Positions 28,069 to 38,680 of a DNA stretch of 64,000 bases are shown in pieces. The stretch is from contig OX597830.1 of the NCBI GenBank assembly GCA_951406725.2, positions 4,402,001-4,466,000 on the forward strand, read 5' to 3'. The stretch's first letter is position 1. Each line of letters begins with the position of its first letter. This stretch comes from Octopus vulgaris. Taxonomy: Eukaryota. Position numbers and translations under genes: made by a program. The notes beneath the pieces are model-generated. The model was not told the origin of the DNA, did no database searches, and saw nothing but the letters and a program-made list of their open reading frames with translations.

Positions 28069-28414
28069 GCTTTATGGCGTGTCATCAGATTCCAAAACCT
28101 GTTGGCTTAAGGCCTCTTTAGACTATGGAGGAGGAAAGGACTTTGCAACAACAGGGGATTGTCTCCTTTTGGCTATTGATCGCAAGTGATCCTGTTATCT
28201 TGTGGGTTCCAATAGGCCAACAGGAATTTCCTGAAATACAAGCCTATTGGAAACCACAACAGGGTCACTTGTAAACGATAACTGATGAAAGACAGTCCCC
28301 TGTTGGTGGCGTTGAGTAGCAAGGTCCTTTCCTCCTCCAAAGCCTAGAGAGGCCACTTATTAAAGAGGCCTTAAGCCAACAAGTTTTGGGATCTGAGGGA
28401 TAATCCCATAAAGC
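28069..28414. repeat. Diverged fold-back element (~150-bp arms)
   Basis: 28069-28217 is inverted at 28242-28414 (e.g. gttggcttaaggcctcttta / taaagaggccttaagccaac; ggaggaggaaagga / tcctttcctcctcc). Confidence 0.75.
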
Positions 28415-28519
28415 AGCCTCATCTATATTTATATAATATACTGCTCCATAACTTAGAGTGTGCTTCCTTTTTGGATTTATATCTTACCGATGATATATAT
28501 ATATATGTGTGTGTGTGTG

Positions 28520-28565
<46 letters not shown>

Positions 28566-29444
28566 ATGTATGTGTGTGTGTATGTATATATATGTATGTA
28601 TATATGTGTATTATGTATGTGTTTTTGTATGCCTTTACATCTGTTTGTCCTTTACCCCTGCTTGACGACCAGTGTTGGTATGTTTACATCCCTGTGACTT
28701 AGTGGTTCAGCAAAAGTGACCCAATAGAATTAATACCAAGCCTCAAACCAATATATACCAGGGTTGATTCAGACTAAAATCCTTCAAGGTGGTGCCCCAG
28801 TATGGCCCCTGTCTAATGAATGAAACAAGGAAAGCATAAAACATACTGTTTCAAAATAAAATAGGAGTGAAAAGATCACTGTGTCAGTCAGGCAGACTGA
28901 GCTAAGAGTAATCACATGAGCAAAACAGTATTTGTTTTAAGATTTGAATGCATTTACAAAAGTTACCATTTGTCCAACAGATTAGTCACATCTTCACACA
29001 CATGACTATTATTATTAAAATTGTTCTTTACATCCATTCCCTTTGTTTTCCATGTCGGCTTAGCCTGGGCAAAACATCTCAAGTCAGGCTTCGACAGCCG
29101 GATGCTCTTCTTGTCACCAACCCTCATTGGATTTTCACACAAACTGATTTTATTCTGCTGGTGTTCACTTGTACAAATGATAGAAACTCCTGAGCTTTAC
29201 TGCATGTAGGCGGCATAAACAACTATCACGACCTTATGCTCAAATAGTGATTCAGTAACGACATGCAAACAAGCAACATGTGCATGTATGTCATATATGA
29301 ATGTATGCATGCATATCAATCAATCTATATCTATCTGTCTGTATATCTATTTATCACTCAGTCTATGTATCTGTCTATCTTTCTGTCTATCCATCCATCC
29401 ATCTATATCGATATATCTAGCTATCCATTTACTTGTCTACCTAC

Positions 29445-30142
29445 ATCTCTCGTTAATATCGTCACGCCTCCTTCCTTCAAACGGGAAGGAAGAGCTATTT
29501 TCATCATTCTTGTGGCTATGGCGAAAGAATGTATATACTTGTGGCTATGGCGAAAGAATGTATCTGGTGGACACGCCTGAAAGGATTAGAGACAAACACT
29601 TTCCTCTCTGGTCAATCTCTCATCAACTTCTTCAAGTATCACTTGAAGAGGAAAGTGAGAGTAGAGAGGCAGGTTTTGTCTAGTGAATGTTTTAAAAAAA
29701 GATGGGTGAATGTAGCAAGGATGGCACGTATGAATGACGAAGCCACCTTGACTATGATTCTATGAACCGTAAAAATTAATACAGAGAGTTGCTTATTTGC
29801 AAAAAAAAAAAAAAAAAAAGAAATATAACATATGACTTCATTGACCGAGGTTACCATGATCTTTTCCGTAGGCTTTTCTTTCCACGGGTAAACCTCACCT
29901 GTTCTCCCCTTTACACTTCATATTGACATTTCTGTGATAACGATCCCTATTGATCAATTTTTTTCCTTCCCCCCACCTTTTTTTTGTTTTTAAATTTTAT
30001 CCCCCCTTTTTTTGTCCTCTTTCTTTCCATTTACGATCCCTTTTGATCGAAAACCAAACCCCCTTCTTTTACCACCAAAAGAAAAGCTCTACCTTGTAAT
30101 TTTGTCCTGTCTGTGTGCAGCCCTGTGTGGCTAATAAAGAAA
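29445..30142 (+). mobile_element. 3' end of a Tx1/L1-like LINE (ORF2 C-terminus + 3' UTR)
   Basis: SLVNIVTPPSFKREGRAIFIILVAMAKECIWWTRLK...FKKRWVNVARM...IL*; pyrimidine-rich UTR ending ctaataaagaaa. Confidence 0.65.
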
Positions 30143-31042
30143 CATATCTCAGTGCTAAATACTCATAAGATTGGATTTCTCTGAGTACACAACCGGAATA
30201 TTCTATTTGATACTTACCAACCATAGGGCAGAACCATGGGTTTATCCAACTCTATCTGGTGCATATCTTTCCAAGTACCTGATTCTATCTGAATCCTTAT
30301 TTTACTATTTATATATATATGTGTGTGTGAGGACATATATATAAATGTATGTATGTATGTGTGTGTGTATATATATATATGTATGTATGTCTTTGTGTTT
30401 GTCCCCTTCACCACCTGACGGCTGGTGTTGGTTTGCTTACATTCTCATAACTTAGTGGTACAGCAGAAGAGACTGATAGAATAAATACCAGACCTAAAAT
30501 GTTAGCACTAGGATTGACTTATTTGACTAAACCCTTCAAGGCAGAGCCCCAGCATGGCCGCAGTCCAATGACTGAAACAAGATTTTATGTATATATATAT
30601 ATATATGCATACATACACACACACATGCCTATATATATATATATGTATATACGCACACACACACATATGTATTTCATGTATTGAATATTTGTGTGTGTGT
30701 GTGTGTGAGTATACACACTCATACATATCACACAAATGTTTTCATGAACAACACAGTAGTTAATTCGTTATTTCATTTCTCGCTCAGCAGGTATTCTTCT
30801 GTGAAGAATCAGTGTAGCTCTTTAAGTCACTAACTCATTCTCTCTCTCTCTCTCATTGCTTCTAACAAATACAATTCTGTCCACTACTACAATGAAGCAA
30901 ATATTTTTCCAATCTTTGCTTTCTTGTTTTCCTCATGTTTCTTTTCACCTTCAGCTATTCTCCTTAATCAAGGAGGGTCTCACATCAGCTGAAGTATGGC
31001 ACAGAAAAGATATTTATATTTTCTTTTTTAATCTTGAAATAT

Positions 31043-31259
31043 TCTTTTCTACTCTAGACACAAGGCCCAAAATTTTTGGGGAGGGGGGCCAGTCGATTAG
31101 GTCGACTCCAGTACACAACTGGTACTTAATTTATCGACCCCAAAAGGATGAAAGGCAAAATCGACCTCGGCGGAATTTGAACTAAGAATGTAAAGACAGA
31201 CAAAATGTCGCCAAGCATTTTGCCCAGTGTGCTAATGTTTCTGCCAGCCCACTGCCTTT
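31043..31259 (-). mobile_element. SINE family B (tail type ii)
   Basis: ttcttttctactctagacacaaggccc...ggatgaaaggcaaaatcgacctcggcgg. Confidence 0.82.
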
Positions 31260-31707
31260 TTTATCTTGAAATATTGAAGAATTAATGTTCATTCCATTGG
31301 CTATCTCTTTTGCTGTTTCTGTATTTATCATTTTAGGATTTTATTCTGTTCCTTTTTTTTCTGTTTTGGTTTTTGTCTGTTTGTCTTTCAATATTTCATA
31401 AGACTTTAAGACCTTTAAGTTGCAATCATTTCATACTAAACATGCAATATCTCTAGGATTCTGAAGAGAAAGAAATAAATGATGTCACTTGTGTTCCTGT
31501 AAATTTTTAGAAGTTTCTATTTTTATGGTTGGTCTCTCTAAAATGACACCTCACTATACAATAGATTACCATGTATCCTTTTGACCTGCAAGAAATAGCA
31601 GTCAAGTATTGATCATATCACGCCCTATTGTTTTAAAAATAGCCACAGCTGACAACAGGCTACATGTATGTGTGTATGTTTGTATGTATATACATGCATA
31701 CATACAT

Positions 31708-31755
<48 letters not shown>

Positions 31756-31948
31756 AGTGTGTGTGTATGTGTGTATACTGAAACAGAAAACAGGAAAATG
31801 TTGGTATTTATTCCCTATAACATTTGTTTCTTTATGTTATATAAAGCATACATGAAGGAAAACATGTTAGTTATCTCCTTTCATCAGATAAAGAATTAAA
31901 ATAAGACAAGCTTACCTTGGATTGAGCCTATATACATACATACATACA

Positions 31949-31984
<36 letters not shown>

Positions 31985-32001
31985 TACATAGATACACTAT
32001 A

Positions 32002-32148
32002 TGAGGGATTGCTGATAAGTTCCTGGCTTTGGGTAAAAGAAAATTCAGGAGGATCACTTAATTATAATTTTGTTCAACATATTTCCCTCTCAAATTCAAG
32101 CACTTATTGAAGCAGTCCTTCAGTTTTCCTTAGCAGGCCTCCAGCCTT
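32002..32148 (-). mobile_element. Partial second copy of the mariner derivative
   Basis: tgagggattgctgataagttcctggctttgggtaaaagaaaat... is the reverse complement of 50860-51018. Confidence 0.75.
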
Positions 32149-32233
32149 GAATTCTTCAGAATGTATCATCATCATCATCATTCAGAATATCATCACCATC
32201 ATGATTGCTTAATGTCCGTCTTCTATGCACACC

Positions 32234-32269
<36 letters not shown>

Positions 32270-32313
32270 TGTATGTATGTATGTATGTATGCATATATAT
32301 ATATGTATGTATG

Positions 32314-32353
<40 letters not shown>

Positions 32354-34065
32354 AACTGGTATTTAGATTGATAGATAGACAGATATGCATATACACATAT
32401 ACATATATACACACATTTATATATATACACACACACATATATATACACACACACGCATATTATTAAATATTAATCAGGAGTCGCAGTTTAGAGAGAAATA
32501 CGAGAAAGGAACAGAAAATATACTAATAAAGAGAGAGAGTGTTCAAGACAGATGTAAAATAGACATACACACACATATGTATGTGTATATATATATTTGT
32601 GTAAATGTGTGTGTGTGTATATATGTGTATATGCATGTATCATGTCTGAAAAAGTGGCATGTTCATTGCTAAAGTGTCTTTGATCATAGTTCTGCTTCAT
32701 TTCATGACTGGAAAACAAAGATGGAACAGTCATGGCTGGACTGTCTTTTTATCATAGATCTGGTTAATCAAAACAAACAAGCAGAAGCAGTTAAATTGTC
32801 AGAATACAATTTAGCTTCCACAGTATTTTCTGAGTGGGACTAAAGTAGATGGAGAGGCAGCTTTATGCTCGGTGATGGAGTTAAAGCATAAAAGAAGCTG
32901 TGGGAACAAGCTTCTTGGAATGCAGGAGATACAGGGCTACTTTCATACGTAACACCATAATGCTGTATTCGATTTTCAGTCAGGAATTGGCAGAATATTA
33001 AAGAATCTCTCTTACAAAATGCTTTGTAGTATTTATTAAAGCTGAGTTCGAATCCTACTGAGATCAGATTTGCTTTTCAGTTTTCTGTGGGTCAACAAAT
33101 AACATAGTGAAGAGCCAGAGTTTTCAGAATATCAAAATAAACGCTTCACAGTATTTGTCTTGGTTCCTCACCCTCTGGTTTAAAACCTATTCTGGCCCTA
33201 TTTAATTTGTTATCTGGTTTAACATCACCACAAGGAACCTTGACTACCCTTAGTAAAATCCCACTGGAGCAAGCATTCAGCCTAGGTCTCTGGTTTGATG
33301 AGACCTTCCTCCAGTCTTGCAGGCCCTTCTATGGGTTATGAGTCACAGCCTCTACCTCCTCATTGTGACAAAATATATGAGTCTTGCTTTCCATTACTTT
33401 TATTCCAGTTCCTTTCAATTTAGGCCCCTTTTAAGGGTTCATACAGTTTTGATGGGGAGAAAACCGATTCTGAATAAAAGAGAAACTAAAATTGGACAAC
33501 TTCTGTAAAAATAACAATTGTTTATATTGATCAAAATTTTTGAATTCTTTTTTAAAACATTTATTACATGTATCCCAAACAATCCCATCATTGGTTTTCA
33601 ATGAGCCAGTCAGGGCTTCACTGCATTTATGATGTTGAAGATGACAAGGGATTGACTGTGAAATAGGGGCAAAACAAGAATCATCAGGGTTTTTGTTCAG
33701 AATCAGTGGTTTACCAATTTTCTCACCAATGCGCATTGCAGAAAGATATACATGCACACTCATATACAAACATATATGTATGACTGGCTGTATACATACA
33801 TATATATGTGTGTGTATATACACAAACAGGATGTATCTTTTCACCTTCAACAATAAAAAGCAGCCACCATATTTCATTCCATAACTGCCATCTCTGAAGA
33901 GCATAGGATTACATAATTGGGCTGTTACCTAACACTCCTAGTGCAAAAGTGATGAAGTGACTGGTAAGAGTGCCTGTATATACATATATATATGTTCATA
34001 TATATACACATATACATACATATATATATATACATTCATATATATATGTATATATATATATTTAT

Positions 34066-34680
34066 ATATTGTTATATTTCGGAATGGTCATATTGCCAGT
34101 TTAGCCAATAAAAACACACGCACTATATATTTGGTGTTATTTTGCTTCAGTGATATTTATTTTTTACATTAATCTTAATCTTATTTTGGCCAAAGTTCTT
34201 TCGTCACACTCCTGTGACCGCATCAGTGGTCCTTTGTTTTCTTCTCACTTACTTGTGTCTCTCCTTACTAACCGTCAGCCATTTTGTATTTCTATTGTAT
34301 GTCTTCATTTGCGCATGCTTATATCTCTATGTGCGTCTATGTTTATTTAGTGTGTGGGGGGGGATGCCTGTAATATTTGTATCTTCTGGTTATATACATT
34401 CTTGTAATTTGTATTTTGTTTTTGTTGTTGTTGCTTTTGTTCTAATTTTGTTCATGTGTTTACATCCACCCATTATTATCATTACATATGCTTGTATGTA
34501 TGTATAACAACAATATTAGTAATAATAATAATAAATCTAATCGAGAAAAAAAAAAAAAAAAAAAAGAATATACATATACATATATATATATATACATACA
34601 TATACATATACATATATATATATATATATATACATATATACACACATATATACACACATATATACACACATATATACATA
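34066..34680 (-). repeat. Left inverted pLTR (copy of the element's 3' end)
   Basis: Mirror ORFs 34150/34214 (+) and 37097/36937 (-) are almost identical. Visible differences: one substitution (ttttggcc vs tttcggcc) and simple-repeat lengths. Confidence 0.93.
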
Positions 34681-34681
34681 T

Positions 34682-36694
34682 GTACAGGCGCATGAGGAGA
34701 GAGAAAAGGTCCTCAATGCCCACATGATGATGTGGACAATTGTTCTGGGACCTCAGAAACGTACTGCAAAGAATTTCCAAGCCTGGAACAATGATATCCC
34801 GGCACTGTATGGACTTCGCAAGGACCATAAAGGTTTTACTGACCCTATAGCAGGACCACCAACAAGACCAGTCTGTGGAGCGAATATCGCTAGCAATTAC
34901 AGAATCTCCTACTTCCTCTCAATGATCATACGCCCTATAATCAGGATGTCACCTGATGTATGTGACAGCACAGAAGATCTCCTAAGCAGGATCAGTGACT
35001 GTAACAAAACTTGTGACTTGACAGGATGTATAGTAGGTAGCATGGATGTGGTACCCCTATACCCATCGATTGACGTAGATTTTGCAGTGGAGAAGTGCGT
35101 GGAGATGATCAACGAGAGCCAGGTGGAGTTCTGTAATGTCGACACAGAAGAACTGGGCCTCCTACTTAGACTGACATATAATAGTGAATACTTAGATAAA
35201 CATAATCTTAGTAGTTTCTGCCCCAGTAGATGTTTAAGAGGTAGACCGCCTACAATTACTTCTATGGCTAGGAAGACACATATAGAAAGATGGCGCGGAT
35301 GGACCAGAGCCATACGGAGCCCCGCAAATGTCCATCAGGTAAAGAAAATGATCGCACATGCACTAGGAGCTAGTATAAGAGTTACCCTAAAAGGCCACAC
35401 ATTTAAATTTAATAATAAAATATATTCCCAGGACGAGGGGGCAGCCATCGGTGTTAGTATCGCTGGTGATGTGGCCAACCTCTTCATGGTATGGTGGGAC
35501 AGAAGGCTTAAAGAATGCCTACTGCAGAAATCCATACTCGTAAACATGTACTCTCGCTATGTTGATGATATCAATATAGTAGTAAAGGCACCCCCACAAG
35601 AGAGTACTGTTGATATAGTAATAGAAACTAATACTATGGAGAGCATCCAGCAAATAGCTAACTCCATCCACCAGAGTATTAAGGTCACAATAGACTACCC
35701 CACTAAACACCCCAACCATAGACTACCAGTACTAGACACTGAACTCTGGCTAGAAATTGTGAAAAATAAAACCCAAATCCTTCATTCATACTATGCAAAA
35801 CCTATGGCCTCAAAATACCTGATCCACCGGAACTCAGCCATTGCGGGCAATGCCAAATTCAATATTTTGATGGCAGACCTCGTCAGAATAATGAGAAATG
35901 TGTCACGCATGTGCGAGCCTACAGAATTAAAGAGACACATACAGTATTTCATTCACCGCATGCAGTTCTCAGGTTACAGCCATAAAGAAAGGATCAGAGT
36001 ATACAAAGGAGCCATGAAGAAATTTGATAATATATTATGTAATGATAGGAATGGGATTTGCCCACTCTATAGGAACAAGTCATGGAACACTATAGAAAGG
36101 ACAAAAAAGAAAATAAGGAAGGCCAACTCTTGGTATGATAGCCATAAATACCAGAGTGTCATGTTCGTTGACACCACCCCTGGAGGTGAACTAGCGTACC
36201 GCTTTAGAAGGACCCTAGATAAACTTAAACTAAGAATTAAGGTTGTTGAAAAGCCAGGCAACCCTATCAGATCTATAATTGGTAGAACCTATCCTTTTAG
36301 TAGAACTCTCTGTACGGAAAACTATTGCACTGTATGTAGATTTAGCCCACAAACGAACTGTAAAGCCAGAAATGTGGTCTATAGTATAAGATGTATAGAG
36401 GGACGATGCAGTAACAAGACAGTAACATACGTAGGGGAAACTGCAAGAAGCATTGGTGAGCGGGTGAATGAACATTGGAGACAACTCAAGGAAGGTAAAA
36501 GCTCATCGATTCTGTACCAACACGCCGAACAAGAACACGGGGGATCAATCAATAACATAGAGATTAAGATATTGTCCACACATAGAACAGATGCAACAAT
36601 TAGACAAATTACAGAAGCTACACATATAATAGAAAATAAACCTAGCCTGAATAGAAAACTAGAATGGAGCAATAGCGCACACCACAACATATGA
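34682..36694 (+). CDS. Penelope-like retroelement polyprotein: reverse transcriptase + C-terminal GIY-YIG endonuclease (Naiad-like), 5'-truncated but uninterrupted
   Basis: 656-aa ORF from ATG 34724; frame stays open upstream to 34682 ([18 protein letters not shown]). PLE RT motifs [63 protein letters not shown]. Cys linker [17 protein letters not shown]: [27 protein letters not shown]...H..RQITEA..PSLN. Confidence 0.95.
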   Translation, partial: VQAHEEREKVLNAHMMMWTIVLGPQKRTAKNFQAWNNDIPALYGLRKDHKGFTDPIAGPPTRPVCGANIASNYRISYFLSMIIRPIIRMSPDVCDSTEDLLSRISDCNKTCDLTGCIVGSMDVVPLYPSIDVDFAVEKCVEMINESQVEFCNVDTEELGLLLRLTYNSEYLDKHNLSSFCPSRCLRGRPPTITSMARKTHIERWRGWTRAIRSPANVHQVKKMIAHALGASIRVTLKGHTFKFNNKIYSQDEGAAIGVSIAGDVANLFMVWWDRRLKECLLQKSILVNMYSRYVDDINIVVKAPPQESTVDIVIETNTMESIQQIANSIHQSIKVTIDYPTKHPNHRLPVLDTELWLEIVKNKTQILHSYYAKPMASKYLIHRNSAIAGNAKFNILMADLVRIMRNVSRMCEPTELKRHIQYFIHRMQFSGYSHKERIRVYKGAMKKFDNILCNDRNGICPLYRNKSWNTIERTKKKIRKANSWYDSHKYQSVMFVDTTPGGELAYRFRRTLDKLKLRIKVVEKPGNPIRSIIGRTYPFSRTLCTENYCTVCRFSPQTNCKARNVVYSIRCIEGRCSNKTVTYVGETARSIGERVNEHWRQLKEGKSSSILYQHAEQEHGGSINNIEIKILSTHRTDATIRQITEATHIIENKPSLNRKLEWSNSAHHNI

Positions 36695-36754
36695 CAATAG
36701 TGGATCCTGCAAACATAATAAATACACAGGTAATTAAAGAAATAGAAATGAATA

Positions 36755-37440
36755 TCTATATATATGTATATGTGTATATATATGTATATGTATATGTGTA
36801 TATATGTGTGTATATATGTATATATATATATATATGTATATGTATATGTATGTATATATATATATGTATATGTATATTCTTTTTTTTTTTTTTTTTTTCT
36901 CGATTAGATTTATTATTATTATTACTAATATTGTTGTTATACATACATACAAGCATATGTAATGATAATAATGGGTGGATGTAAACACATGAACAAAATT
37001 AGAACAAAAGCAACAACAACAAAAACAAAATACAAATTACAAGAATGTATATAACCAGAAGATACAAATATTACAGGCATCCCCCCCACACACACACTAA
37101 ATAAACATAGACGCACATAGAGATATAAGCATGCGCAAATGAAGACATACAATAGAAATACAAAATGGCTGACGGTTAGTAAGGAGAGACACAAGTAAGT
37201 GAGAAGAAAACAAAGGACCACTGATGCGGTCACAGGAGTGTGACGAAAGAACTTTGGCCGAAATAAGATTAAGATTAATGTAAAAAATAAATATCACTGA
37301 AGCAAAATAACACCAAATATATAGTGCGTGTGTTTTTATTGGCTAAACTGGCAATATGACCATTCCGAAATATAACAATATCTGTTTCAACACACGACTT
37401 CACATAAAAAATCTTGCACAACAAATATTTAAACGTACTA
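36755..37440 (+). repeat. Right pLTR / 3' UTR with ~60-bp terminal tail
   Basis: Follows the stop codon. Contains an internal (TA/TG) microsatellite, a T-run and unique sequence; tail ctgtttcaacacacgacttcacataaaaaatcttgcac is absent from the left copy. Confidence 0.9.
37219..37386 (+). ncRNA. Candidate variant hammerhead ribozyme motif(s) in the pLTR
   Basis: CTGATGC (37221) + stem gtcaca-ggag-tgtgac + GAAA; second CTGAAGC (37297) ... GAAA-TAT-aaca-ATA-TC (37367-37382). Core position 9 is C instead of the canonical A. Confidence 0.3.
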
Positions 37441-37769
37441 TATATATATATATATATGTATACATACATATATATGTATATATATGTATATATATATATT
37501 TATATATATATATGTATACATACATATATATGTATATATATATGTATATAAATATATATATATATTTATATGTATATATATATATTATATATATATATAT
37601 ATGTATACATACATATATATGTATATATATATATACATATACATATATATGTATATATATATATACATCTACATACATATATATGTATAGATATATATAC
37701 ATATATATATATATACATCTACATACATATATATGTATAGATATATATACATATATATATATTGTATAG

Positions 37770-37885
37770 AGATCTGGTTAATCAAAACAAACAAGCAGAA
37801 GCAGTTAAATTGTCAGAATACAATTTAGCTTCCACAGTATTTTCTGAGTGGGACTAAAGTAGATGGAGAGGCAGCTTTATGCTCG

Positions 37886-37890
<5 letters not shown>
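37770..37890 (+). repeat. 121-bp direct duplicate of 32756-32876
   Basis: Identical by eye from agatctggttaatc to gctcggtgat; embedded in (TA)n. Confidence 0.92.
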
Positions 37891-37930
<40 letters not shown>

Positions 37931-37937
<7 letters not shown>

Positions 37938-38158
37938 CTTGTTTCAGTCATTGGACTGCGGCCATGCTGGGGCTCTGCCTTGAAGGGTTTAGTCAAATAA
38001 GTCAATCCTAGTGCTAACATTTTAGGTCTGGTATTTATTCTATCAGTCTCTTCTGCTGTACCACTAAGTTATGAGAATGTAAGCAAATCAACACCAGCCG
38101 TCAGGTGGTGAAGGGGACAAACACAAAGACATACATACATATATATATACACACACAC
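37931..38158 (-). repeat. ~230-bp inverted duplicate of ~30360-30588 (a specific SINE-tail copy)
   Basis: Shares the private mutations of the 30.4-kb copy; one substitution seen. Confidence 0.9.
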
Positions 38159-38160
38159 AC

Positions 38161-38605
38161 ATTACACATAAATGCCTCACACTAAGAGGGACATAAGTCA
38201 TTACTACCAAAATTACACTAATCATACCTAATGCAGTTCTTCAAAGCAAGACATTTAAAAAATGAATTTAGTTCTGTATCACCTGTGATTTCACATTTAA
38301 TGTATAAAATTACGTCTATGGTCATCAGCTGATGACCATAGACTAAATTCATTTTTTAAATGTCTTGCCTTGAAGAACTGCATTAGGTATGATTAGTGTA
38401 ATTTTGGTAGTAATGACTTATGTCCCTCTTAGTGTGAGGCATTTATGTCTAATAATGCCCTCTATACAATATAAATATAATTAATATGTTCAAAAGGAAA
38501 AAAATATTTTCGAATTCTTTTCTCTTATGAGGTTTTTCACGCTAACTACCTGATAATTTCTTGTTAAGATTCCTTATTAAGAAGTTATCCTTAATTGTTA
38601 AATTT
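38161..38605. mobile_element. Fold-back insert with perfect 30-bp inner palindrome and right-side tail
   Basis: Arms 38161-38272 / 38341-38453; gtctatggtcatcagctgatgaccatagac at 38314-38343. Confidence 0.65.
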
Positions 38606-38634
38606 ATACATATATATATATATACATACATATA

Positions 38635-38680
<46 letters not shown>

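Larger units (their letters stand above)
34066..37440 (+). mobile_element. Penelope-like element insertion with inverted pseudo-LTRs, in (TA)n microsatellite
   Basis: 34066-~34680 is the reverse complement of ~36755-37381. The two arms flank the ORF; both outer flanks are (TA)-rich arrays; extra tail 37382-37440 on the right only. Confidence 0.92.

Noticed and set aside
28280-28300. CTGATGA motif in the fold-back arm
   Set aside because: No stem II/GAAA/stem III arrangement follows, and the motif is absent from the opposite arm.
33431-33740. Non-repetitive part of the 157-aa minus-strand ORF
   Set aside because: No recognisable domain or clear splice signals; the ORF runs through microsatellite.
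34724-36694. Telomerase, group II intron or bacterial retron RT
   Set aside because: The C-terminal GIY-YIG domain, PLE-specific motifs and eukaryotic repeat context indicate a PLE.
36290-36700. Selenocysteine recoding, as reported for some Naiad elements
   Set aside because: All Cys positions in the linker and endonuclease are normal Cys codons with no in-frame TGA. The terminal TGA is followed by CAA TAG. The missing 5' part cannot be assessed.
34066-37381. DNA transposon or DIRS-like element with long terminal inverted repeats
   Set aside because: The ORF is RT + GIY-YIG with no transposase, tyrosine recombinase or RNase H; the inverted repeat is an asymmetric copy of the 3' UTR.
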